Positions 26,401-41,300 of a stretch of DNA of 64,000 bases are shown here, one piece after another. The DNA comes from Centroscyllium fabricii (taxonomy: Eukaryota). The notes beneath the pieces were generated by a model. It saw only the letters and a list, made by a program, of their open reading frames with translations, was not told the origin of the DNA and made no database searches. The stretch spans positions 2,914,001 to 2,978,000 of the forward strand of contig JBNRSN020000089.1 in assembly GCA_051313645.2 (NCBI GenBank), given 5' to 3'. The first letter of the stretch is position 1; every line of letters starts with the position of its first letter. Both the position numbers and the translations under genes were made by a program.

Positions 26401-29303
26401 TCCATCTGTGAACAATACATCAGACAATGTCCATCTGTGGACAATACATCAGACAATGTCGATCTGTGTACAATACGTCAGACAATATGCATCTGTGTAC
26501 AATACATCAGACAATGTCCATCTGTGTACAAAACATCAGAAAATGTCCATCTGTGAACCATACGTCAGACAATATCCATCTGTGTACAATACATCAGACA
26601 ATGTCAATCTGTGTACAATACATCAGACAATGTCCATCTTTGAACAAAACAGCAGACAATGTCCAACTGTGTACAATACATCAGACATTGTCCATCTGTG
26701 TACAATACATCAGATATTATCCATCTGTGTACAATACATCAGAAAATGTCCATCTGTGTGCAATGCATCAGACAATGTCCATCTGAGAACAATACATCAG
26801 ACAATATCCATCTGTGTACAATACATCAGACAATATCCATCTGTGTACAATACATCAGAAAATGTCCATCCGTATACAATACATCAGACAATATCCATCT
26901 GTGTACAATACATCAGCCATTATCCATCTGTGAACTATAGAGCAGACATTATCCATCTGTGTACAATACATCGGACATTGTCCATCTGTGAACAATACAC
27001 CAGACATTATGCATCTGTGTACAATACCTCAGACAATATCCATCTGTGTATTATAAATCAGACAATGTCCATCTGTGTACAATCCATCAGACAATATCCA
27101 TCTGTGTACAGTACGTCAGAGAACGTCCATCTGTGTAGAGTACATCAGACAATATCCATCTGTGAACAATACATCGGACAATGCCCATCTGTGGACAATA
27201 CATCAGACAATGTCGATCTGTGTACAATACGTCAGACAATATGCATCTGTGTACAATACATCAGACAATGTCCATCTGTGTACAATACATCAGACAATGT
27301 CCATCTGTGAACCATACATCAGACAATATCCATCTGTGTAGAGTACATCAGACAATATCCAGCTGTGTAGAATACATCAGGCAATGTCAATCTGTGAGCA
27401 ATACATCAGACAATGTCCATCTGTGTACAATACATCAGACAATATCCATCTGTGTACAATACATCAAACAATGTCCATCTGTGAACAATATATCAGAAAA
27501 TATCCATCTGTGTACAATTCTTCAGACAATGTCCACCTGTGTACAATACATCAGACAATGTCCATCTGTGTACAATACATCAGACAAATGTCCATCTGTG
27601 TACAATACATCAGACAATATCCATCTGTGAACAATACATCAGGCAGTTTCCATCTCTGAACAATACATCAGACAATATCCATCTTAGTACATTACATCAG
27701 AAAATGTCCATCTCTGAACAATATATCAGACAATATCCATCTGTGTACAATACATCAGACAAATGTCCATCTGTGTACAATATATCAGACAATATCCATC
27801 AGTGTACAATACATCAGACAATTTCCATCTGTGTACAATACATCAGACAATATCCATCTGCGAACAATATATCAGAAAATGTCCATCTGTGCACAATACA
27901 TAAGACATTATCAATCTGGGTACAATACATCTGATATTATCCATCTGTGTAGAGTACACCAGACAATATCCATCTCTGTATAATACATCAGAAAATGTCC
28001 ATCTGTGTACCATATATCAGACATTATCCATCTGTGAACAATACGTCAGACAATATCCATCTGTGTACAATAAATCAGACAATATCCATCTGTGTACAAT
28101 ACATCAGAAAATGTCCATCTGTGTGCAATATATCAGACAATATCCATCTGTGTACAATACATCAGACATTATCCATCTGTGAACAATACATCGGACATTA
28201 TTCATCTGCGTACAATACATCAGACATTTTCCATCTGTGAACAATACATCAGACATTATCCATCTGTGTACAATACATCAGACAATATCCATCTGTGTAC
28301 AATACACCAGAGAATGTCCATCTGTGAACAATACATCAGACAATATCCATCTGTGTACAATACATCAGAAAATGTCCATCTTTGAACAATACATAAGACA
28401 TTATCCCTCTGTCTACAATATATCAGACAATATCCATCTGTGTACAATACATGAGAAAATGTCCATCTGTGTGCAATCCATCTGGCAATATCCATCTGTG
28501 TACAATACATCAGAGAATGTCCATCTGTGTACAGTACATCAGACATTATCCATCTGTGAACAATACTTCAGACAATGTCCATCTGTGTACAATACATCAG
28601 ACAATATCCATCTGTGTACCATACATCAGACAATGTCCATCTGTGAACAATACATCAGACAATGCCCATCTGTGGACAATACATCAGACAATGTCGATCT
28701 GTGTACAATATATCAGACAATATGCTTCTGTGTACAATACATCAGACAATATGCAACTGTGTACAATACATCAGACAATGTCCATCTGTGTACAATACAT
28801 CAGACAATGTCCATCTGTGAACAATACATCAGACAATATCCATCTTTGTACAATACATCAGAAAATGTCCATCTCTGAACAATATATCAGACAATATCCA
28901 TCTGTGTACAATACATCAGACAAATGTCCATCTGTGTACAATATATCAGACAATATCCATCAGTGTACAATACATCAGACAATTTCCATCTGTGTACAAT
29001 ACATCAGACAATATCCATCTGTGAACAATATATCAGAAAATGTCCATCTGTGCACAATACATAAGACATTATCAATCTGGGTACAATACATCCGATATTA
29101 TCCATCTGTGTAGAATACACCAGACAATATCCATCTCTGTATAATACATCAGAAAATGTCCATCTGTGTACCATATATCAGACATTATCCATCTGTGAAC
29201 AATACATCAGACAATATCCATCTGTGTACAATAAATCAGACAATATCCATCTGTGTACAATACATCAGATAATGTCCATCTGTGTACAATATATCAGACA
29301 ATA
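23440..29303 (+). repeat. Tandem higher-order duplication, 2 x 2932 bp (~101 monomers)
   Basis: ORF translations recur at +2932 (23495/26427, 23727/26659, 24249/27181, 25063/27995, 25519/28451). Rare variants such as CTTAGTACATTAC are shared. Boundaries are approximate. Confidence 0.9.
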
Positions 29304-32300
29304 TCCATCTGTGTACAATACATCAGACATTATCCATCTGTGAACAATACATCGGACATTATTCATCTGTGTACAATACATCAGACATTTTCCATCTGTG
29401 AACAATACATCAGACATTATCCATCTGTGTACAATACATCAGACAATATCCATCTGTGTACAATACACCAGAGAATGTCCATCTGTGAACAATACATCAG
29501 ACAATATCCATCTATGTACAATACATCAGAAAATGTCCATCTGTGAACAATACATAAGACATTATCCATCTGTGTACAATATATCAGACAATATCCATCT
29601 GTGTACAATACATGAGAAAATGTCCATCTGTGTGCAATCCATCAGGCAATATCCATCTGTGTACAATACATCAGAGAATGTCCATCTGTGTACAGTACAT
29701 CAGACATTATCCATCTGTGAACAATACTTCAGACAATGTCCATCTGTGTACAATACATCAGACAATATCCATCTGTGTACCATACATCAGACAATGTCCA
29801 TCTGTGAACAATATATCAGACAATGTCCATCTGTGGACAATACATCAGACAATGTCGATCTGTGTACAATACATCAGACAATATGCTTCTGTGTACAATA
29901 CATCAGACAATATGCAACTGTGTACAATACATCAGACAATGTCCATCTGTGTACAATACATCAGACAATGTCCATCTGTGAACAATACATCAGACAATAT
30001 CCATCTGATAACAATACTTCAGACAATGTCCATCTGTGTACAATACATCAGACAATGTCCATCTGTGTACAATACATCAGACAAATGTCCATCTGTATAC
30101 AATACATCAGACAATATCCATCTGTGAACAATATATCAGACAGTTTCCATCTGTGAACAATACATCAGACAATATCCATCTTTGTACAATACATCAGAAA
30201 ATGTCCATCTCTGAACAATATATCAGAGAATATCCATCTGTGTACAATACATCAGACAAATGTCCATCTGTGTACAATACATCAGACAATATCCATCAGT
30301 GTACAATACATCAGACAATTTCCATCTGTGTACAATACATCAGACAATATCCATCTGTGAACTATATATCAGAAAATGTCCATCTGTGCACAATACATAA
30401 GACATTATCAATCTGGGTACAATACATCTGACATTAATCATCTGTGTAGAATACATCAGACAATATCCATCTCTGTATAATGCATCAGAAAATGTCCATC
30501 TGTGTACCATACATCAGACATTATCCATCAGTGAACAATACATCAGACAATATCCATCTGTGTACAATAAATCAGACAATATCCATCTGTGTACAATACA
30601 TCAGAAAATGTCCGTCTGTGTACAATACATCAGACAATATTCATCTCTGTACAATACATCAGATATTATCCATCTGTGAACAATACATCGGACATTATCC
30701 ATCTGTGTACAATACATCAGACATTTTCCATCTGTGAACAATATATCAGACATTATCCATCCTTGTACAATACATCAGACAATATCCATCTGTGAACAAT
30801 ACACCAGAGAATGTCCAACTGTGAACAATACATCAGACAATACCCATCTGTGTACAATACATCAGAAAATGTCCATCTGTGAACAATACATAAGACATTA
30901 TCCATCTGTCTACAATACTTCAGACATTATCCATCTGTGTACAATACATGAGAAAATGTCCATCTGTGTTCAATCCATCAGACAATATCCATCTGTGTAC
31001 AATACATCAGAAAATGTCCATATGTGTACAGTACATCAGACATTATCCATCTGTGAACAATACTTCAGACAATGTCCATCTGTGTACAATACATCAGACA
31101 ATATCCATCTGTGTACAATACATCAGACAATGTCCATCTGTGAACAATACATCAGACAATGTCCATCTGTGGACAATACATCAGACAATGTCGATCTGTG
31201 TACAATACATCAGACAATATGCTTCTGTGTACAACACATCAGACATTGTCCATCTGTGTACAATACTTCAGACAATGTCCATCTGTGAACAATATATCAG
31301 ACAATATTCATCTGTGTACAATACATCAGACAATGCCCATCTGTGTACAATACATCAGACAATGTCAATCTGTGATCAATACATCAGACAATGTCCCTCT
31401 GTGTACAATACATCAGGGAATGTCCATCTGTGTACAGTACATCAGACATTATCCATCTGTGAACAATACTTCAGACAATGTCCATCTGTGTACAATACAT
31501 CAGACAATATCCATCTTTGTACAATACATCAGACAATGTCCATCTGTGAACAATACATCAGACAATGTCCATCTGTGGACAATACATCAGACAATGTCGA
31601 TCTGTGTACAATACGTCAGACAATATGCATCTGTGTACAATACATCAGACAATGTCCATCTGTGTACAAAACATCAGAAAATGTCCATCTGTGAAACATA
31701 CATCAGACAATATCCATCTGTGTACAATACATCAGACAATGTCCATCTGTGTACAATACATCAGACAATGTCCATCTTTGAACAATACAGCAGACAATGT
31801 CCAACTGTGTACAATACATCAGACATTGTCCATCTGTGTACAATACATCAGATATTATCCATCTGTGTACAATACATCAGAAAATGTCCATCTGTGTACA
31901 ATGCATCAGACAATGTCCATCTGAGAACAATACATCAGACAATATCCATCTGTGTACAATATATCAGACAATATCCATCTGTGTACAATACATCAGAAAA
32001 TGTCCATCCGTATACAATACATCAGACAATATCCATCTGTGTACAATACATCAGCCATTATCCATCTGTGAACTATAGAGCAGACATTATCCATCTGTGT
32101 ACAATACATCGGACATTGTCCATCTGTGAACAATACACCAGACATTATGAATCTGTGTACAATAACACAGACAATATCCATCTGTGTACTATAAATCAGA
32201 CAATGTCCATCTGTGTACAATCCATCAGACAATATCCATCTGTGTACAGTACGTCAGAGAACGTCCATCTGTGTAGAGTACATCAGACAATATCCATCTG

Positions 32301-35300
32301 TGAACAATACATCGGACAATGCCCATCTGTGGACAATACATCAGACAATGTAGATCTGTGTACAATACGTCAGACAATATGCATCTGTGTACAATACATC
32401 AGACAATGTCCATCTGTGTACAATACATCAGACAATGTCCATTGTGAACCATACATCAGACAATATCCATCTGTGTAGAGTACATCAGACAATATCCAGC
32501 TGTGTAGAATACATCAGACAATGTCAATCTGTGAGCAATACATCAGACAATGTCCATCTGTGTACAATATATCAGACAATGTCCATATGTGTACAATACA
32601 TCAGACAATATGCAACTGTGTACAATACATCAGACAATATCCATCTGTGTACAATACATCAAACAATGTCCATCTGTGAACAATATATCAGAAAATATCC
32701 ATCTGTGTACAGTACTTCAGACAATGTCCATCTGTGTACAATACATCAGACAATATCCATCTTTGTACAATACATCAGAAAGTGTCCATCTCTGAACAAA
32801 ATATCAGACAATATCCATCTGTGTACAATACATCAGACAAATGTCCATCTTTGTACAATATATCAGACAATATCCATCAGTGTACAATACATCAGACAAT
32901 TTCCATCTGTGTACAATACATCAGACAATATCCATCTGTGAACAATATATCAGAAAATGTCCATTCGTGCACAATACATAAGACATTATCAATCTGGGTA
33001 CAATACATCTGATAATATCCATCTGTGTAGAATACATCAGACAATATCCATCTCTGTATAATACATCAGAAAATGTCCATCTGTGTACCATATATCAGAC
33101 ATTATCCATCTGTGAACAATACATCAGACAATAACCATCTGTGTACAATAAATCAGACAATATCCATCTGTGTACAATACATCAGAAAATGTCCATCTGT
33201 GTACAATATATCAGACAATATCCATCTGTGTACAATACATCAGACATTATCCATCTGTGAACAATACATCGGACATTATTCATCTGTGTACAATACATCA
33301 GACATTTTCCATCTGTGAACAATACATCAGACATTATCCATCTGTGTACAATATATCAGACAATATCCATCTGTGTACAATACACCAGAGACTGTCCATC
33401 TGTGAACAATACATCAGACAATATCCATCTGTGTACAATACATCAGAAAATGTCCATCTGTGAACAATACATAAGATATTATCCATCTGTCTACAATATA
33501 TCAGACAATATCCATCTGTGTACAATACATGAGAAAATGTCCATCTGTGTGCAATCCATCAGGCAATATTCATCTGTGTACAATACATCAGAGAATGTCC
33601 ATCTGTGTACAGAACATCAGATATTATCCATCTGTGAACAATACTTCAGATAATGTCCATCTGTATACAATACATCAGACAATATCCATCTGTGTACCAT
33701 ACATCAGACAATGTCCATCAGTGAACAATACATCAGACAATGTCCATCTGTGGACAATACATCAGACAATGTCGATCTGTGTACAATACATCAGACAATA
33801 TGCTTCTGTGTACAATACATCAGACAATGTCCATCTGTGTACAATACTTCAGACAATGTCAATCTGTGAACAATACATCAGACAATATTCATCTGTGTAC
33901 AATACATCAGACAATGTCCATCTGTGTACAATACATCAGACAATGTCCATCTGTGATCAATACATCAGACAATGTCCCTCTGTGTACAATACATCAGACA
34001 TTGTCCATCTGTGTACAACACATCACACATTATCCATCTGTGTACAATACATCAGAAAATGTTCATCTGTGTACAATGCATCAGACAATGTCCTCTGTGA
34101 ACAATACATCAGACAATATCCATCTGTGTACATAACGTCAGACATTGTCCATCTGTGAACAATACATCAGAAAATACCATCTGTGTACAATACATCAGAC
34201 ATTGTCCGTCTGTGTACAATACATCTGAAAATATCCATCTGTGTAGAGCACATCAGACAATATCCAGCTGTGTAGAATACATCAGACAATGTCAATCTGT
34301 GAGCAATACATCAGACAATGTCCATCTGTGTACAATACATCAGACAATGTCCATATGTGTACAATACATCAGACAATATGCAACTGTGTACAATACATCA
34401 GACAATGTCCATCTGTGTACAATACATCAAACAATGTCCATCTGTGAACAATATATCAGAAAATATCCATCTGTGTACAATACTTCAGACAATGTCCATC
34501 TGTGTACAATACATCAGACAATGTCCATCTGTGTACAATACATCAGACAAATGTCCATCTGTGTACAATACATCAGACAATATCCATCTGTGAACAATAA
34601 ATCAGACAGTTTCCATCTGTGAACAATACATCAGACAATATCCATCTTTGTACAATACATTAGAAAATGTCCATCTCTGAACAATATATCACACAATATC
34701 CATCTGTGTACAATACATCAGACAAATGTCCATCTGTGTACAATACATCAGACAATATCCATCTGTGAACAATATATCAGAAAATGTCCATCTGTGCACA
34801 ATACATAAGACATTATCAATCTGGGTACAATACATCTGACATTATCCATCTGTGTAGAATACATCAGACAATATCCATCTCTGTATAATACATCAGAAAA
34901 TGTCCATCTGTGTACCATATATCAGACATTATCCATCTGTGAACAATACATCAGATAATATCCATCTGTGTACAATAAATCAGACAATATCCATCTCTGT
35001 ACAATACATCAGAAAATGTCCATCTGTGTACAATATATCAGACAATATCCATCTGTGTGCAATACATCAGACATTATCCATCTGTGAACAATACATCGGA
35101 CATTATTCATCTGTGTACAATACATCAGACATTTTCCATCTGTGAACAATACATCAGACATTATCCATCTGTGTACAATACATCAGACAATATCCATCTG
35201 TGTACAATACACCAGAGAATGTCCATCTGTGAACAATACATCAGACAATATCTATCTGTGTACAATACATCAGAAAATGTCCATCTGTGAACAATACATA

Positions 35301-38300
35301 AGACATTATCCATCTGTCTACAAAACATCAGACATTATCCATCTGTGTACAATACATGAGAAAATGTCCATCTGTGTGCAATCCATCAGGCAATATCCAT
35401 CTGTGTACAATACATCAGAGAATGTCCATCTGTGTACAGTACATCAGACATTATCCATCTGTGAACAATACTTCAGACAATGTCCATCTGTGTACAATAC
35501 ATCAGACAATATCCATCTGTGTACCATACATCAGACAATGTCCATCTGTGAACAATACATCAGACAATGTCCATCTGTGGACAGTACATCAGACAATGTC
35601 GATCTGTGTACAATACATCAGACATTATGCTTCTGTGTACAATACATCAGACAATGTCCATCTGTGTACAATACTTCAGACAATGTCCATCTGTGAACAA
35701 TACATCAGACAATATCCATCTGTATACAAAACATCAGACATTGTCCATCTGTGAACAATACATCAGAAAATACCATCTGTGTACAATACATCAGACATTG
35801 TCCGTCTGTGTACAATACATCAGACAATGTCCATCTGTGAACAATACATCAGACAATGTCCATCTGTGTACAATACATCAGACAATGTCCATCTGTGAAC
35901 AATACATCAGACAATATCCATCTGTGTACAATACATTAGACAATGTCCATCTGTGAACAATACATCAGACAATGTCCATCTGTGAACAATACATCAGACA
36001 TTTTCCATCTGAGTACAATACATCAGAGATTTTCCATCTGTGTACAATACATCAGACATTGTCCATCTGTGTACAATACATCAGACAATATCCATCTGTG
36101 TACAATATATTATACAATGTCCATCTGTGAACAATACATCAGACAATGTTCATCTGCGAACAATACATCAGACAATGTCCATCTGTGTACAATACATCAG
36201 ACAATGTCCATCTGTGTACAATACATCAGCCAATATCCATCTGTGAACATTATATCAGACAATGTCCATCTTTGTACAATATATCAGAAAATTTCCATCT
36301 GTGAACAATCCATAAGACAATATCCATCTGTGCACAGCAAATCAGACAATGTGCATCTGTGTACAATAGATCAGAAAATGTCCATGTGTGAACAATACAT
36401 AAGACATTATCCAACTGTGGACAATACATCAGACATTATCCATCTGTGTACAATACATCAGATAATTTCCATCGGCGAACAATACATAAGACATTATCCA
36501 TCTGTGTACAATACATCAGACAATGTCCATTTGTGAACAAAACATCAGACAATATCCATCTGTGAACAATACATCAGACAATGTCCATCTGTGTACAATA
36601 TTTCAGACAATTTCCATCTGTGTACAATACATCAGACAATATAAATCTGTTTACAGTACATCAGACAAAGTCCATCTGTGTACAATACATCAGAAAATAT
36701 CCATCTGTGTACAATACATCACACAATGTCCATCTGTGAACAATTATCAGATAATGTCAATCTGTGTACAATACATCAGACAATGTCCATCTGTGTACAT
36801 TATATCAGACAATGTCCATCTGTGTACAATACATCAGACAATATCCTTCTGTGTACAATACATCAGACAATGTCCATCTGTGTATATTACATCAGAAAAT
36901 GTCCATCTGTGTACAATACATCAGACATTATCCATCTGTGAACAATACATCAGACAATAACCATCTGTGTACAATACATCAGACAATATCCTTCTCTGTA
37001 CAATACATCAGAAAATGTCCATCTGTGTATAATACATCAGACAATATCCATCTGTTTTCAATACTTCAGCCATTATACATCTGTGAACAACAGAGCAGTC
37101 ATTATACATCTGTGTACAATACATCAGACATTGTCCATCTGTGAACAATACATCAGACATTATCCAGCTCTGTACAATACATCAGACCATATCCATCTGT
37201 GTACAATAAATCAGACAATGTCCATCTGTGTACAATACATCAGAGAACGTCCATCTGTGTAGAGTACATCAGACAATGTCCATCTGTGTACAATACATCA
37301 GACAATGTCCATCTGTGAACCATACATCAGACAATATCCATCTGTGTACAATACATCAGAAAATATCCATCTGTGTACAATACATCAGACAATTTCCATC
37401 TGTGAACAATACATCAGACAATGTCCAACTGTGTACAATACATCAGACATTGTCCATCTGTGTACAATACATCAGATATTATCCATCTGTGTACAATACA
37501 TCAGAAAATGCCCATCAGTGTACAATGCATCAGACAATGTCCATTTGTGAACAATTCATCAGACAATATCCATCTGTGTACAATACATCAGACAATATCC
37601 ATCTGTGTACAATACATCAGAAAATGTCCAACCGTGTACAATACATCAGGAAATATCCATCTGTGTACAATACATCAGCCATTATCCATCTGTGAACAAT
37701 AGTGCAGACATTATCCATCTGTGTACAATACCTCGGACATTGTCCATCTGTGAACTATACACCAGACATTATCCATCTGTGTACAATACATCAGACAATA
37801 TCCATCTGTGTACTATAAATCAGACAATGTCCATCTGTGTACAATCAATCAGACAATATCCATCTGTGTACAATACGTCAGAGAACGTCCATCTGTGTAG
37901 AGTACATCAGACAATATCCATCTGTGAACAATACATCGGACAATGTCCATCTGTTTACAATACATCAGACAACATCCAGCTGTGTAGAATACATCAGACA
38001 ATGTCCATCTGTGAGCAATACATCAGACAATGTCCATCTGTGTACAATACACCAGACAATGTGCACCTGTGTACAATACATCAGACAATATGCAACTGTG
38101 TACAATACATCAGACAATGTCCATCTGTGTACAATACATCAGACAATGTCCATCTGTGAACAATACATCAGACAATATCCATCTGTGTACAATACTTCAG
38201 ACAATGTCCATCTGTGTACAATACATCAGACAATGTCCATCTGTGTACAATACATCAGACAAATGTCCATCTGTGTACAATACATCAGACAATATCCATC

Positions 38301-41300
38301 TGTGAACAATACATCAGACAATTTCCATCAGTGAACAATACATCAGACAATATCCATCTTTGTACAATACATCAGAAAATGTCCATCTCTGAACAATATA
38401 TCAGACAATATCCATCTGTGTATAATACATCAGACAAATGTCCATTTGTGTACAATACATCAGACAATATCCATCAGTGTACAATTCATCAGACAATTTC
38501 CATCTGTGTACAATACATCAGACAATATCCATCTGTGAACTATATATCAGAAAATGCCCATCTGTGCACAATACATAAGACATTATAAATCTGGGTACAG
38601 TACATCTGACATTATTCATCTGTGTAGAATACATCAGACAATATCCATCTCTGTATAATGCATCAGAAAATGTCCATCTGTGTACCATACATCAGACATT
38701 ATCCATCTGTGAACAATACATCAGACAATATCCATCTGTGTACAATAAATCAGACAATATCCATCTGTGTACAATACATCAGAAAATGTCCGTCTGTGTA
38801 CAATACATCAGACAATATCCATCGCTGTACAATACATCAGACATTATCCATCTGTGAACAATACATCGGAAATTATCCATCTGTGTACAATACATCAGAC
38901 ATTTTCCATCTGTGAACAATACATCAGACATTATCCATCAGTGTACAATACATCAGACAATATCCATCTGTGTAAAATACACCAGAGAATGTCCATCTGT
39001 GAACAATACATCAGACAATACCCATCTGTGTACAATACATCAGAAAATGTCCATCTGTGAACAATAAATAAGACATTATCCATCTGTCTACAATATATCA
39101 GACATTGTCCATCTGTGTACAATACATGAGAAAATGTCCATCAGTGTGCAATCCATCAGACAATAACCATCTGTGTACAATACATCAGAAAATGTCCATA
39201 TGTGTACAGTACATCAGACATTATCCATCTGTGAACAATACTTCAGACAATGTCCATCTGTGTACAATACATCAGACAATATCCATCTGTGTACAATACA
39301 TCAGACAATGTCCATCTGTGAACAATACATCAGACAATGTCCATCTGTGGACAATACATCAGACAATGTCGATCTGTGTACAATACATCAGACAATATGC
39401 TTCTGTGTACAAAACATCAGACATTGTCCATCTGTGTGCAATACTTCAGACAATGTCCCTCTGTGAACAATATGTCAGACAATATTCATCTGTGTACAAT
39501 ACATCAGACAATGTCCGTCTGTGTACAATACATCAGACAATGTCAATCTGTGGTCAATATATCAGACAATGTCCCTCTGTGTACAATACATCAGGGAATG
39601 TCCATCTGTGTACAGTACATCAGATTTTATCCATCTGTAAACAATACTTGAGACAATGTCCATCTGTGTACATTACATCAGACAATATCCATCTTTGTAC
39701 AATACATCAGACAATGTCCATTTGTGAACAATACATCAGACAATGTCCATCTGTGGACAACACATCAGACAATGTCGATCTGTGTACAATACGTCAGACA
39801 ATATGCATCTGTGTACAATACATCAGACAATGTCCATCTGTGTACAAAACATCAAAAAATGTCCATCTGTGAACCATACATCAGACAATATCCATCTGTG
39901 TACAATACATCAGACAATGTCCATCTGTGTACAATACATCAGACAATGTCCATCTTTGAACAATACATCAGACAATGTCCAACTGTGTACAATACATCAG
40001 ACATTGTCCATCTGTGTACAATACATCAGATATTATCCATCTGTGTACAATACATCAGAAAATGTCCATCTGTGTACAATGCATCAGACAATGTCCATCT
40101 GTGAACAATACATCAGACAATATCCATCTGTGTACAATACATCAGACAATATCCATCTGTGTACAATACATCAGAAAATGTCCATCCTTATACAATATAT
40201 CAGACAATATCCATCTGTGTACAATACATCAGCCATTATCCATCTGTCAACTATAGAGCAGACATTATCCATCTGTGTACAATACATCGGACATTGTCCA
40301 TCTGTGAACAATACACCAGACATTATGCATCTGTGTACAATACCTCAGACAATATCCATCTGTGTACTATAAATCAGACAATGTCCATCTGTGTACAATC
40401 CATCAGACAATATCCATCTGTGTACAGTACGTCAGAGAACGTCCATCTGTGTAGAGTACCTCAGAAAATATCCATCTGTGAACAATACATCGGACAATGC
40501 CCATCTGAGGACAATACATCAGACAATGTCGATCTGTGTACAATACGTCAGACAATATGCACCTGTGTACAATACATCAGACAATGTCCATCTGTGTACA
40601 ATACATCAGACAATGTCCATCTGTGAACCATACATCAGACAATATCCATCTGTGTAGAGTACATCAGACAATATCCAGCTGTGTAGAATACATCAGACAA
40701 TGTCAATCTGTGAGCAATACATCAGACAATGTCCATCTGTGTACAATACATCAGACAATGTCCATATGTGTACAATACATCAGACAATATGCAACTGTGT
40801 ACAATACATCAGACAATGTCCATCTGTGTACAATACATCAATCAATGTCCATCTGTGAACAATATATCAGAAAATATCCATCTGTGTACAATACTTCAGA
40901 CAATGTCCATCTGTGTACAATACATCAGACAATGTCCATCTGTGTACAATACATCAGACAAATGTCCATCTGTGTACAATACATCAGACAATATCCATCT
41001 GTGAACAATACATCAGACAGTTTCCATCTGTGAACAATACATCAGACAATATCCATCTTTGGACAATACATCAGAAAATGTCCATCTCTGAACAATATAT
41101 CAGACAATATCCATTTGTGTACAATACATCAGAAAAATGTCCATCTGTGTACAATACATCAGACAATATCCATCAGTGTACAATACATCAGACAATTTCC
41201 ATCTGTGTACAATACATCAGACAATATCCATTGTGAACAATATATCAGAAAATGTCCATCTGTGCACAATACATAAGACATTATCAATCTGGGTACAATA

